Source of the DNA: Spirochaetia bacterium
Lineage (GTDB): Bacteria > Spirochaetota > Spirochaetia > SZUA-6 > Bin103
NCBI GenBank assembly: GCA_965199955.1
Contig: CBDATQ010000001.1
Location: 2,006,284-2,070,283, forward strand
Reading direction: 5' to 3'
DNA: 64,000 nucleotides
Shown piece by piece: positions 10,500 through 20,211 of the stretch; position 1 is the stretch's first letter, and each line of letters begins with the position of its first letter. The notes under the pieces are model-generated. The model had not been told where the DNA came from. It worked only from the letters and a program-made list of their open reading frames with translations, and did no database searches. Position numbers and translations under genes: made by a program.

Positions 10500-12050
10500 A
10501 TGAGCGACGCGGGCGAGGCGGGCGGCGAGTACCTGCTGGAGGCGCTCGACATCGTCAAGCGCTACGGCGACTTCACGGCCAACGACCGGGTCACCCTGAG
10601 GCTTCGCCCCGGCCAGATCCATGCCCTGCTCGGCGAGAACGGTGCCGGCAAGTCGACCCTGGTCAAGATCATGTACGGGGCGCGGCAGCCGACGGCCGGC
10701 ACGCTGCGCTGGCGCGGCCAACCGGTCTCGATCGCCAGTCCCGCCGCCGCGCGCCGGTTCGGCATCGCCATGGTCTTCCAGCACTTCTCCCTGTTCGAGG
10801 CGCTGACGGTGGTGGAGAACATCGCGCTGGCGCTGCCCGGCCGATTCGACCCCGGCGCCTTGGCCCGGCGCGTGACCGCCGTATCCGCGGAGTACGGGCT
10901 GCCGCTGGAACCGGGGGCGCTGGTCGCGGACCTGTCCGTCGGCGAGCGGCAGCGCATCGAGATCGTGCGCTGCCTGTTGCAGGAGCCGCGCCTGCTGATC
11001 ATGGACGAGCCGACCTCCGTGCTCACGCCGCAGGAGGCGGATCAGCTCTTCCTGACCCTGCGGCGCCTGGCCGACGACGGGTGCGCGGTGCTCTACATCT
11101 CCCATCGGCTGGAGGAGGTGCAGCGGCTCTGCCACGACGCCACGATCCTTCGCCGCGCCAAGGTCGTCGCGAACGTCGACCCGCAGGCCGAGACGGCGGC
11201 GTCCCTGGCGCGGCTGATGGTCGGCGAGGACGTCCACGCCGTGCGCGCGGAGGGACACGCGCACGACGGCGACGCCGCGCTCGCCGTCAACGGGCTGACG
11301 CTGGCGGCGGAGGGACCGTTCAGTGTTGCGCTGCGCGACATCGAGCTTACCGTCCGCGCCGGCGAAGTGACGGCGATAGCGGGAGTCGCGGGCAATGGCC
11401 AGTCCGAGCTGTTCGAGGCTCTGTCCGGGGAACGGCTGGCTCCGTCGGCCGGCGCGATCACGATCGCCGGACAACCATGCGGGACACGCGGCGCGACCGC
11501 GAGGCGCCGGCTGGGCGCCGCCTTCGTGCCGGAAGAACGGCTCGGCCACAGCGCCGTGCCGGGCATGGAGCTTTCCGAGAACGTCCTGCTCACACGTCAC
11601 GCGTCCGATCGCGGACTGGTGCGCGGCGGGTTCGTCGACCGGTCCGGAACCCGTTCGGTGACACAGCGGGTCACCGAGCGGTTCGACGTGCGCATCAGCG
11701 AGGCGAACCCGCAGGCAAGCGAGCTGTCCGGCGGGAACCTGCAGAAGTTCGTGATCGGCCGGGAGCTCGACCGCGAGCCCGCGGTCCTGGTGATCAATCA
11801 GCCCACCTGGGGCGTGGACGCGGGCGCGGCGGCGCTGATCCGGCAGGTGCTCGCCGACATGGCCAAGGACGGCGCGGCGGTGCTGGTCATCAGCCAGGAC
11901 CTGGACGAGATCTTCGAGATCGCCGACCGCATCGCGGTGATCTCCCGCGGCGAACTCTCGGCGACGTATCCGGCGAATCGCGTCGACCGCGAGCGAGTCG
12001 GCCTGCTCATGGCCGGGGTCGGGGAGACGTCCGCCGGCAAGGAAGGGTAG
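10500..12050 (+). CDS. ABC transporter ATP-binding protein with duplicated ABC domains (BMP/nucleoside-type, NupA/RnsA-like)
   Basis: Start MSDAGEAGG at 10500. It has two Walker A sites (GENGAGKST, GVAGNGQS), two LSGG signatures and a D-loop. Confidence 0.85.
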   Translation: MSDAGEAGGEYLLEALDIVKRYGDFTANDRVTLRLRPGQIHALLGENGAGKSTLVKIMYGARQPTAGTLRWRGQPVSIASPAAARRFGIAMVFQHFSLFEALTVVENIALALPGRFDPGALARRVTAVSAEYGLPLEPGALVADLSVGERQRIEIVRCLLQEPRLLIMDEPTSVLTPQEADQLFLTLRRLADDGCAVLYISHRLEEVQRLCHDATILRRAKVVANVDPQAETAASLARLMVGEDVHAVRAEGHAHDGDAALAVNGLTLAAEGPFSVALRDIELTVRAGEVTAIAGVAGNGQSELFEALSGERLAPSAGAITIAGQPCGTRGATARRRLGAAFVPEERLGHSAVPGMELSENVLLTRHASDRGLVRGGFVDRSGTRSVTQRVTERFDVRISEANPQASELSGGNLQKFVIGRELDREPAVLVINQPTWGVDAGAAALIRQVLADMAKDGAAVLVISQDLDEIFEIADRIAVISRGELSATYPANRVDRERVGLLMAGVGETSAGKEG

Positions 12051-12238
12051 TTCGCATAAACCGCGGAGTATAATTCACGAATCGCGGTCCGGCCGCCGAT
12101 CCTCACGGCAACAAGACTGGGCTGGGCGGGCTCGACGCGGACGGTGAAACTGCCGACTCGGACGCTGAACCCGCACCGGCCTACGTTCCGGTTGAGAGTA
12201 CCGCCAGGACGTCAGTCTTGGGCTCATCGGCTCGGGAC

Positions 12239-12673
12239 ATGGCTGATCGTGCCGGCAACCCTTCTCCTGCCGTTGCCGCTCATGACGCTCGCCCACGGTT
12301 CCTCGACCGCCTGCCCGATGGACTGGGCCATGACCTGATCTACATCAGAACGGTAGATCACTATTTGGAGGTACACACCACAGCCGGCTCGGGCCGCGTT
12401 CTCGTTCGCTTTGCGGATGCGGTTGCGGAGCTCGGAGACCTGGGGATGCAGGTCCATCGCTGCTACTGGATCGCTCACCGCACGTTGCTGGAGGAGGGGG
12501 CGGAGTTGGTCACGCGAGGTAACCGCATGGTGCTGAGACTTGCGGAGCAAGCGTGGTGTCGCGTTTCAGGAAGCGATCGAACGAGCGCTCGGTTCGGACC
12601 GGTCGAAGGCGTTCCGGGATGGCGCATGGATCACCGCCGACGAAGCGTCAAGAGTGATCGACTGGCTGCTTGA
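12239..12673 (+). CDS. Orphan LytTR DNA-binding domain protein (lacks the N-terminal TM/receiver part usual for the family)
   Basis: RFLDRLPDGLGHDLIYIRTVDHYLEVHTTAGSGRVLVRFADAVAELG...VHRCYWIAHRTL...RVSGS matches the LytTR fold pattern. It sits in a 0.9-kb gap inside the ABC operon, after a TATAAT hexamer at about 12078. Confidence 0.4.
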   Translation: MADRAGNPSPAVAAHDARPRFLDRLPDGLGHDLIYIRTVDHYLEVHTTAGSGRVLVRFADAVAELGDLGMQVHRCYWIAHRTLLEEGAELVTRGNRMVLRLAEQAWCRVSGSDRTSARFGPVEGVPGWRMDHRRRSVKSDRLAA

Positions 12674-12928
12674 CCAGGGGCGAACCGACTGAGTCTGTGA
12701 TCCCCGGTTCCAGATCGCGATGCTGCGGCAGGCAGCGGTGGAATCGGGGGCTTTGGCCTACAGCCAGATGCCGGTGCCGGATCGCGGTCCCGCGGGCGCG
12801 GGGCTCGACGCAGGCGCCGATATCACGGATCGTATTCCGGTGATCTGGCGCCGGGAGTGCTGGGCGACTTCGATGGCGCGTCGCGCCTGCCGCGGGTGCG
12901 TCGCGCCGGGCATTGGCGGGAGTTCGGT

Positions 12929-14008
12929 GTGACGCTGCAATTCGAGAAACGCCAGCACCCCAGCCGCGTGATGGTCGTGGGCTCGCCGGTCCTGGCGATC
13001 CTGCTCACCGTGATCGTCGGCGGCATTCTCTTTGCGGCGCGCGGCCTGGAGCCGCTGCCGGCGCTGTACGTCTACTTCGTGGAGCCGGTGACCACGCTCT
13101 GGTCGATCGAGGAGATGGTCGTCAAGGCGACGCCGCTGGTGCTGATCGGCGCCGGGCTGGCGGTCTGCTTCCGCGCCAACGTCTGGAACATCGGCGCCGA
13201 GGGGCAACTCACCATGGGCGCCATCGTCGGCGCCGCCGTTCCCGTCCTGGCCACGGAATGGCAGTCGCCGCTGGTCTTGCCGCTGATGATGGCGCTCGGC
13301 ATCGCCGGCGGCATGGCCTGGGCGGCGATCCCGGCGCTGCTCCGCAACCGGTTCGGAGCTAACGAGATTCTCACCAGCCTGATGCTCGTGTACGTGGCCC
13401 AGCTCGTCCTGGACTGGCTGGTGCGCGGTCCGTGGCGCGACCCCGAGGGGTACAACTTCCCGGAGTCGGTGGCGCTGCAGGGCGTTCAGCTCCTGCCGAC
13501 GCTCGGCTACAGCCGCGTCCACCTGGGCGGGGCGTTCGCGCTGTTGGCCGTGCTGGTGCTGTTCGTGTTCCTGTCGCGCACGTTGAAAGGTTTCGAGATC
13601 CAGGTGTCCGGCGACGCACCGCGCGCCGGAGAATTCGGCGGCTTCCGGCGGCCGCGCACCGTGTGGTTCTGCCTGCTGCTGTCCGGGGGACTGGCGGGAC
13701 TGGCCGGCATCGGCGAGATCGCCGGGCCGATCAGGCAGCTGCAGCCGTCCATCTCGCCGGGCTACGGATTCACGGCGATCATCGTGGCGTTCCTGGGCCG
13801 ACTGAACCCGATCGGGGTGCTGCTGGCGGGGATCGTTCTCGCCAGCAGCTACCTGGGCGGCGAAGGGGCGCAGATATCGCTGGGGCTTTCCAGCAAGACG
13901 GCGCAGGTGTTCCAGGGCACGCTGCTGTTCTTCATCCTGGCGTGCGACACGCTGATCCGGTACCGGCTGCGATTCCGTCTGGGAGCGGTCGCGGAGCTGC
14001 CTCGATGA
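12929..14008 (+). CDS. ABC transporter permease (YufP/NupB-like)
   Basis: GTG at 12929 gives VTLQFEKRQHPSRVMVVGSPVLAILL, a typical N-terminus for this family. Multi-TM. It overlaps the next gene by ATGA. Confidence 0.75.
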   Translation: MTLQFEKRQHPSRVMVVGSPVLAILLTVIVGGILFAARGLEPLPALYVYFVEPVTTLWSIEEMVVKATPLVLIGAGLAVCFRANVWNIGAEGQLTMGAIVGAAVPVLATEWQSPLVLPLMMALGIAGGMAWAAIPALLRNRFGANEILTSLMLVYVAQLVLDWLVRGPWRDPEGYNFPESVALQGVQLLPTLGYSRVHLGGAFALLAVLVLFVFLSRTLKGFEIQVSGDAPRAGEFGGFRRPRTVWFCLLLSGGLAGLAGIGEIAGPIRQLQPSISPGYGFTAIIVAFLGRLNPIGVLLAGIVLASSYLGGEGAQISLGLSSKTAQVFQGTLLFFILACDTLIRYRLRFRLGAVAELPR

Positions 14009-14925
14009 CCGGCGTGGAGTCGGTGATCCTTACCATCATCACGGCCTCGACGCCCCTGTTGCTGGCCTCCATCGGCGAGCTGGTGGTCGAGCGTTCCGGT
14101 GTCCTCAACCTGGGCGTCGAGGGGATGATGATCATGGGCGCCGTGACCGGCTTCGCGGCGGCCTACATGTCGGGATCGGCGCTGGCGGGCGTGGCCGTGT
14201 CGCTCGGCGCCGGCATCGCCATCGCGCTGCTGTTCGCCTACCTGACCCAGACGCTGGTAACCAACCAGGTCGCTACCGGGCTGGCGCTCACTCTGTTCGG
14301 GCTGGGGCTCGCCGGGATGATCGGCGAGAACTTCACGGGCCTCCCCGGCGTGAGGCTCCCGAACGTCCAGATCCCGGTGCTCACCGATCTCCCGTTCATC
14401 GGGCCGGTGGTGTTCGGCCAGGATCCCCTGGTATACGCCTCGATCGCGATCACGGTGCTGGTCGCCTGGACGCTGGCGCGCACGCGCATCGGGCTGGTGA
14501 TCCGCGCGACCGGCGGCAACCACCACTCCGCCCACGCGCTGGGCTTCCGGGTGATCGCCGTGCGCTACGCCTGCATCGCCTTCGGCGGGGCCTGCGCAGG
14601 GCTGGCCGGCGGCTACCTCTCCCTCGTCTACACGCCGCAGTGGATCGAGAACATGACGGCAGGCCGGGGCTGGATCGCGCTGGCGCTGGTGGTGTTCTCC
14701 ACTTGGGCGCCTCGGCGCGTCGCAATCGGCGCCTATCTGTTCGGGACCGTGTGGATCATGGGCCTATGGGCGCAGGGCGTGGGGATCGCCGTGGCGTCGC
14801 AACTCCTTTCGGCGTTGCCTTACCTGGCGACCATCGCGGCGTTGGTGCTGATCTCCGGCAACCGTTTCTTGACGAAGGCGAACACCCCTGCTTGCATTGG
14901 GCAGCCGTTCGTGCCCGATCGGTAG
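14005..14925 (+). CDS. ABC transporter permease (YufQ/NupC-like)
   Basis: Start MTGVESVILTIITASTPLLLASIGELVVERSGVLNLGVEGMM. Multi-TM branched-chain-type permease fold. Confidence 0.8.
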   Translation: MTGVESVILTIITASTPLLLASIGELVVERSGVLNLGVEGMMIMGAVTGFAAAYMSGSALAGVAVSLGAGIAIALLFAYLTQTLVTNQVATGLALTLFGLGLAGMIGENFTGLPGVRLPNVQIPVLTDLPFIGPVVFGQDPLVYASIAITVLVAWTLARTRIGLVIRATGGNHHSAHALGFRVIAVRYACIAFGGACAGLAGGYLSLVYTPQWIENMTAGRGWIALALVVFSTWAPRRVAIGAYLFGTVWIMGLWAQGVGIAVASQLLSALPYLATIAALVLISGNRFLTKANTPACIGQPFVPDR

Positions 14926-14980
14926 GTCGCCGCGTCCGGCCATCCATCATCGACAGGGGGAACGACCCCGAAAGGAGAGC

Positions 14981-16042
14981 ATGATGAAGAGACTGCTCAT
15001 CGTCGCGCTGGCGCTGATGCTGACCGTGGCGGCGTTCGGCCAGGACAAGCTGAAAGTCGGGTTCGTCTACGTCGGCCCGATCGGCGATCACGGCTGGACG
15101 TACCAGCACCATGACGGTCTGCTGGCAGTGCGGGAGGAGTTCGGCGACCGCGTCGAGACGATCCATGTGGAGAACATTTCGGAAGGCCCGGATGCCGAGC
15201 GAGCCATTACCCGCATGGCCCGTGAGGGTGCCGGTCTGATCTTCACCACCTCGTTCGGCTTCATGGACCCGACCATCAACGTGGCCGCGGACTTCCCGGA
15301 CGTGAAGTTCGAGCACGCCACCGGCTTCAAGCGGGCCGACAACGTGTCCACCTACTCGGCCCGCTTCTACGAGGGGCGCTATATCATCGGCCAGATCGCC
15401 GCGCAGATGTCGGAGAGCGGCGTCGCCGGCTACATCGCGTCCTTCCCGATCCCCGAAGTGGTGCGCGGCATCAACGCGTTCCTGCTCGGCGCGCAGACGA
15501 TCAATCCCGACTTCAAGCTCAAGGTGGTGTGGGTCAATACCTGGTTCGATCCCGGCAAGGAAGCGGACGCCGCCAAGGTCCTGATCGGCCAAGGCGCGGA
15601 CATCATCACCCAGCACACCGACTCCACCGCACCGTTGCAGATCGCGGAGGAGCAGGGCGTGGTCGGCTTCGGGCAGGCGTCGGACATGATCATGTTCGCC
15701 CCGAACGCGCAACTCACCGCCGTCATCGACGAATGGGCTCCCTACTACGTGGCCCGCACCAGGGCGGTGCTCGACGGCACCTGGGAGTCCACGGACACGT
15801 GGGACGGTATCGCCCCGGGCATGGTGCGCATGGCGCCCTATACCAACATGCCGGACGAGGTGAAGGCGCTGGCCATGGAGACGGAGGCGATGATCTCCTC
15901 CGGAGAGCTGCACCCGTTCAAGGGCCCGATCCACAACCAGGAAGGCGAGATGGTCATCTGCGCGGGCGAGGTCCTCGACGACGGCACGCTGCTCGGCATG
16001 AACTGGTACGTGCAAGGCGTCGACGACAAGCTGCCCGGTTAG
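14981..16042 (+). CDS. BMP-family (PnrA/Med-like) ABC transporter substrate-binding lipoprotein
   Basis: AAAGGAGAG RBS 5 nt upstream of ATG 14981. Signal peptide MMKRLLIVALALMLTVAAFG. VGFVYVGPIGDHGWTYQH is the BMP hallmark. Confidence 0.85.
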   Translation: MMKRLLIVALALMLTVAAFGQDKLKVGFVYVGPIGDHGWTYQHHDGLLAVREEFGDRVETIHVENISEGPDAERAITRMAREGAGLIFTTSFGFMDPTINVAADFPDVKFEHATGFKRADNVSTYSARFYEGRYIIGQIAAQMSESGVAGYIASFPIPEVVRGINAFLLGAQTINPDFKLKVVWVNTWFDPGKEADAAKVLIGQGADIITQHTDSTAPLQIAEEQGVVGFGQASDMIMFAPNAQLTAVIDEWAPYYVARTRAVLDGTWESTDTWDGIAPGMVRMAPYTNMPDEVKALAMETEAMISSGELHPFKGPIHNQEGEMVICAGEVLDDGTLLGMNWYVQGVDDKLPG

Positions 16043-16165
16043 CGTCGCAGCGCGGAGTTTCGCCTGTGGGTCGATAGCCCACCCAAGGGGCCGTCTCTCC
16101 CGCGGCGTCGTGAACGCGATTGCGCGTCCATGACCTGCCGATAATGAGAGGGACGGCCCTTCTCA

Positions 16166-16711
16166 ATGTCAGCAATCGATCCCTCGCCGTTGTCCGTCGC
16201 CGCGGTCAACCAGCTCGAGGCCGCGGCGTTCATTGCGCGATTCGGTGACATCGCCGAGCACTCGCCCTGGGTGGCCGAACGCGTGGCAGCCGCGCGGCCG
16301 TTCGCCGGCCGCGAAGCCGTGGTCGCGGCCTTCGTGGCCGCGGTGCGCGCCGCGCCGCCGGCGTCTCAGCTCGCGCTGATCCGCGCCCACCCGGACCTGG
16401 CCGATCGAGCCGCCGTGGCGGACGACGCCGGCGGCGGCGACATCGCCGCGGAGTCGCGGCGCGAGCAGGCCGGGGCCGGGCTGGACCGCCTGACGCCGGA
16501 CGAGTTCGAGCGCTTCGCCGACCTCAACACCCGCTACCGCGCCCGGTTCGGCATCCCGTTCATCTTCGCGGTGAAGGGCGCGAACAAGGACATGATCCTG
16601 ACCGCCTTCGAGGAGCGCATCGGCAACGACGCCGCGACCGAGCGCGCGACGGCGCTGGCCAACGTCGAGCGCATCCTCCGCTTCCGCATCGAAGACCGGA
16701 TCGTGCCGTGA
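16166..16711 (+). CDS. OHCU decarboxylase (2-oxo-4-hydroxy-4-carboxy-5-ureidoimidazoline decarboxylase, UraD-like)
   Basis: 181-aa ORF. FIARFGDIAEHSPW...LIRAHPDLA...IPFIFAVKG is the OHCU decarboxylase pattern. Confidence 0.7.
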   Translation: MSAIDPSPLSVAAVNQLEAAAFIARFGDIAEHSPWVAERVAAARPFAGREAVVAAFVAAVRAAPPASQLALIRAHPDLADRAAVADDAGGGDIAAESRREQAGAGLDRLTPDEFERFADLNTRYRARFGIPFIFAVKGANKDMILTAFEERIGNDAATERATALANVERILRFRIEDRIVP

Positions 16712-18051
16712 GCGCCGCCGCCGGCGGGCGGGTCGTGCGCGGTGCGGTGCTGAGCTACCTCGACGACCCGGCGCGCGCCGGATCGCAGGATGCGGTTTGC
16801 TTTCATCAGTACGGCGCGGTCGTCGTGGGCGGTGACGGCAGGATCGCCTGGTGCGGTCCGGCCGCCGAGATGCCCGACCGCTTTCGCTCGCTTGCCTCGG
16901 AAGACTACGGGTCGGCGCTGGTGCTGCCGGGCTTCATCGACTCCCACATCCATTTCCCCCAGTACCGGATGCTGGCGGCGCCGGGCAACGACTTGCTGGA
17001 CTGGCTGCAGCGGTTCACCTTCCCGGAGGAGTGTCGCTATCGTGCGCCTGCGCATGCGTGCGCGGCGGCTGAAGTGTTCCTGGATCGGCTGATCCGGCAC
17101 GGTACGACCGCGGCGGTGGTCTTCTCCACGGTCCATCGCGGCGCGACAGAGGCCCTGTTCGCCGCGGCGGAACGGCGCCGGATGGCGATCGTCACCGGCA
17201 AGACCATGATGGACCGCAACGCCCCGGCGGCGCTGTGCGACGATCCGGCGCGCGGGGTCGAGGACAGCGAGGCGCTGATCGAGCATTGGCACGGCCGCGG
17301 GCGGCTGCGTTACGCGATCACCGTGCGCTTCGCCGTCACCTCCAGCGAGGAGCAGCTACGAGCCGCCGGAGAGCTGGCCGGCCGCCACCCCGGCTGCCAC
17401 GTGCACACGCACCTGTCGGAGAGCGAGCCGGAGATCGCGCTGGTGACGCGTGACTTCCCCTGGGCGCAGGACTACACCGACGTGTACGATCGCTTCGGCT
17501 TGGTCGGCGCCCGCAGCCTGTTCGCGCACGGCATCCATCTCTCCGAGCGCGAACAGGCGTGCCTGTCCGCAGCCGGCGCGACCGTCGTGCACTGTCCGAC
17601 CTCGAACACCTTCCTGGGCTCGGGCCTGTTCGACCTCCGCCGCCTCAGGAACGGGACGCGCCCGGTCGGCGTCGGCCTGGCCACCGACGTCGGCGGCGGC
17701 ACCAGCTACTCGATGCTGCACACCATGGGCGAGGCGTACAAGGTGGCGATGCTGCGCGGCTACCGGCCGACCGCGCACGAGCTGTTCCACCTGGCGACCC
17801 GCGGCAACGCCCGGCGGCTCGGCCTGGATGATCAGATCGGATGCCTGGAACCCGGCCGCTGGGGCGACCTCGTCGTCCTCGACCCTGCCGCCACGCCGGT
17901 GCTGGCCTCCCGCAACGAGCTGTCGGCAAACCTGGAGGAGACGCTGTTCGCGCTGGCGATCCTGGGCGACGACCGTGCGGTGCGCGCGACCTACGTCGCC
18001 GGCTGCCGGGTATGGCTCGCCGAGCCGGCGGGCGATCCGGCAAACTCCTGA
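16708..18051 (+). CDS. guaD: Guanine deaminase
   Basis: 447-aa amidohydrolase with PGFIDSHIHFPQ, HTHLSES and LATDVGGG, matching GuaD. It overlaps the OHCU decarboxylase stop by 4 nt. Confidence 0.8.
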   Translation: MSAAAGGRVVRGAVLSYLDDPARAGSQDAVCFHQYGAVVVGGDGRIAWCGPAAEMPDRFRSLASEDYGSALVLPGFIDSHIHFPQYRMLAAPGNDLLDWLQRFTFPEECRYRAPAHACAAAEVFLDRLIRHGTTAAVVFSTVHRGATEALFAAAERRRMAIVTGKTMMDRNAPAALCDDPARGVEDSEALIEHWHGRGRLRYAITVRFAVTSSEEQLRAAGELAGRHPGCHVHTHLSESEPEIALVTRDFPWAQDYTDVYDRFGLVGARSLFAHGIHLSEREQACLSAAGATVVHCPTSNTFLGSGLFDLRRLRNGTRPVGVGLATDVGGGTSYSMLHTMGEAYKVAMLRGYRPTAHELFHLATRGNARRLGLDDQIGCLEPGRWGDLVVLDPAATPVLASRNELSANLEETLFALAILGDDRAVRATYVAGCRVWLAEPAGDPANS

Positions 18052-18077
18052 CGGCAACGTTCGCCAAGGAGGAACGC

Positions 18078-18395
18078 ATGTACGTGATCGTCGCCCCCAT
18101 CCAGATCAAGGAAGGGCACAAGGACGAATTCATCGAGGCGATGCTCGGGGACGCGCGCGGCTCCGTGAACGACGAGCCGGGCTGCCTGCGATTCGACGTG
18201 GTCCAGGACGGCACCGATCCGAACCGGATCTGGCTCTACGAAGTGTACGTGGACGAGGCGGCCTTCCAGGCTCACACGAAAACCCCGCACTTCCTGAAGT
18301 GGCGGGACACCGTCAAGGACTGGATGGACGAGCGGCCGGTCGGCGCGGGCGCGGGCAGCTACAACATCTGGCCGTCGGACGGCGACTGGAAGTAG
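18078..18395 (+). CDS. ABM-domain (antibiotic-biosynthesis-monooxygenase-like) small protein
   Basis: AAGGAGG RBS, ATG at 18078. The 105-aa product MYVIVAPIQIKEGHKDEFIEAM...LRFDVVQD has the ferredoxin-like ABM fold pattern. Confidence 0.55.
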   Translation: MYVIVAPIQIKEGHKDEFIEAMLGDARGSVNDEPGCLRFDVVQDGTDPNRIWLYEVYVDEAAFQAHTKTPHFLKWRDTVKDWMDERPVGAGAGSYNIWPSDGDWK

Positions 18396-18403
18396 GGATT
18401 GCG

Positions 18404-20197
18404 GTGACGCAGCGCGAACCGTGGCACGCGGTGGCGACGGACCTGGTGGACGTCGCAGCCGGACGGGCCGCCGCCGACCTGGTGATCCGCGGCGGGCGTT
18501 GGGTCAACGTGCTCACGCGCGAGGCGGTGCCCGGCATGGACATCGCCGTGCGCCGGGGCCGCATCGCCTGCATCGTCGAGGACGCTGGCTACTGCATCGG
18601 CGACGGCACCCGCGTGGTCGAGGCCGAAGGTCGCTTCATGGTGCCTGGCCTGACCGACGGCCACCTGCACGTCGAGAGCAGCATGTGCACGGTCACGGAG
18701 TACGTGCGCGCTGTGCTCCCGCACGGCACCACGGCGATCTTCACCGACCCGCACGAGGTGGCGAACGTCTTCGGCCTCGACGGCGTGCGCATGATGGTGG
18801 CCGAGGCGGAGGCCGCGCCGATACACGTCTTCGTGCAGATGCCCTCCTGCGTGCCGTCCGCGCCGGGGCTGGAGACGCCCGGGGCGCGCATCACGCCGCA
18901 GGACGTGCAGGAGGCGATGACCTGGCCGGGGATCGTCGGCCTGGGCGAGATGATGAATTTCCCCGGCGTGGTCGCCGGCGATCAGCAGATGCACGCCGAG
19001 ATGGCCGCCACCATGCGCGCCGGCAAGACGATCGGCGGCCACTACCCGAGCCTGGAGCTCGACCGGCGCTTTCACGCCTACCTGGCCGGCGGCCCGGCCG
19101 ACGATCACGAGAACACCCGGGAGGTGGACGCCGTCGAGCGCGCCCGCCGCGGCATGCGGCCGATGCTGCGGCTCGGTTCGGCCTGGTACGACGTGGCCGC
19201 GCAGGTCACAGCCATCACGGAGCAGGGGCTCGACCCGCGCCAGTTCATCCTGTGCACGGACGACGTGCACGCCGGCACGCTGGTGGCCGACGGCCACATG
19301 GACCGCGTTCTGCGGCACGCGATCGGGCTGGGCCTCGACCCCCTGATCGCCTTGCAGATGGCCACCATCAACACCGCACAGAACTTCGGCGTCGAGCGCG
19401 ATCTGGGATGCCTGGCGCCGGGGCGCTACGCGGACGTGGTGCTGGTGGAGGACCTCGACGAGTTCGCTGCCGGCACGGTGATCGCCCGCGGCGAGGTGGC
19501 GGCGGAGGAGGGGAGGCTGCTCATCGAGCTGCCGCCCTGGGAGCACGAGGAACGCTTTCGCCGCTCGATCCGCGTGCCGCGGCCGCTGGTCGCCGGCGAC
19601 TTCGCGGTGGATGCCGGCGGCCGCACGGGCAGGGTGACCGCCAACGTGATCGGCGTGATCGAGAACCATGCCGCCACCCGCCACCTGACCGCGAACCTGG
19701 ACGTGCGCGACGGCCGGGTGCAGCCCGACCCGGCGCAGGACGTGCTGCCGCTGGCCCTGGTGGAGCGCCATCACGGGACCGGCAGGGTCGTGAACGGCTT
19801 CGTGCAGGGCTTCGGCTTCGACGCCGTCTGCGGCGTGGCCACCACCGTCGCCCACGACTGCCACCACCTGCTGGTGACCGGGACCTGCGCCGCGAACATG
19901 GCGCAGGCTGCGAACACGCTGGTCGACGTCGCCGGCGGCGTCGCCGTGGTGCGCGACGGCACGCTGACCGCCCTGGTCGAGCTGCCGATCGGCGGGCTGA
20001 TGTCCGACGAGCCGGCCGGCGTGGTCGCCGAGAAGTCGGCCCGCGTGATGCGGGCGCTCGCTGAGTGCGGCCGCGCGCTCAATAACGGCTACATGCAGCT
20101 CAGCCTGCTGGCGCTGGCGGTGATCCCCGAGCTGCGCATCTCCGACCTGGGCCTGGTCGACGTCTCCCGCTTCACCCACATCCCGGTGCTCGTCTGA
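18404..20197 (+). CDS. ade: Adenine deaminase
   Basis: GTG at 18404 lies 9 nt after the ABM stop. LVIRGGRWVNV..., GLTDGHLHVESSM and TDPHEVANV match adenine deaminase. The 915-aa track ORF beginning at 17450 is an upstream run-on through guaD. Confidence 0.8.
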   Translation: MTQREPWHAVATDLVDVAAGRAAADLVIRGGRWVNVLTREAVPGMDIAVRRGRIACIVEDAGYCIGDGTRVVEAEGRFMVPGLTDGHLHVESSMCTVTEYVRAVLPHGTTAIFTDPHEVANVFGLDGVRMMVAEAEAAPIHVFVQMPSCVPSAPGLETPGARITPQDVQEAMTWPGIVGLGEMMNFPGVVAGDQQMHAEMAATMRAGKTIGGHYPSLELDRRFHAYLAGGPADDHENTREVDAVERARRGMRPMLRLGSAWYDVAAQVTAITEQGLDPRQFILCTDDVHAGTLVADGHMDRVLRHAIGLGLDPLIALQMATINTAQNFGVERDLGCLAPGRYADVVLVEDLDEFAAGTVIARGEVAAEEGRLLIELPPWEHEERFRRSIRVPRPLVAGDFAVDAGGRTGRVTANVIGVIENHAATRHLTANLDVRDGRVQPDPAQDVLPLALVERHHGTGRVVNGFVQGFGFDAVCGVATTVAHDCHHLLVTGTCAANMAQAANTLVDVAGGVAVVRDGTLTALVELPIGGLMSDEPAGVVAEKSARVMRALAECGRALNNGYMQLSLLALAVIPELRISDLGLVDVSRFTHIPVLV

Positions 20198-20211
20198 CGC
20201 CTCCTCCCGCG

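Noticed and set aside
17450-18403. 5' extension of the 915-aa track ORF across guaD and the ABM gene
   Set aside because: That frame is out of phase with guaD. Adenine-deaminase similarity begins only at the GTG at 18404, right after the ABM stop.
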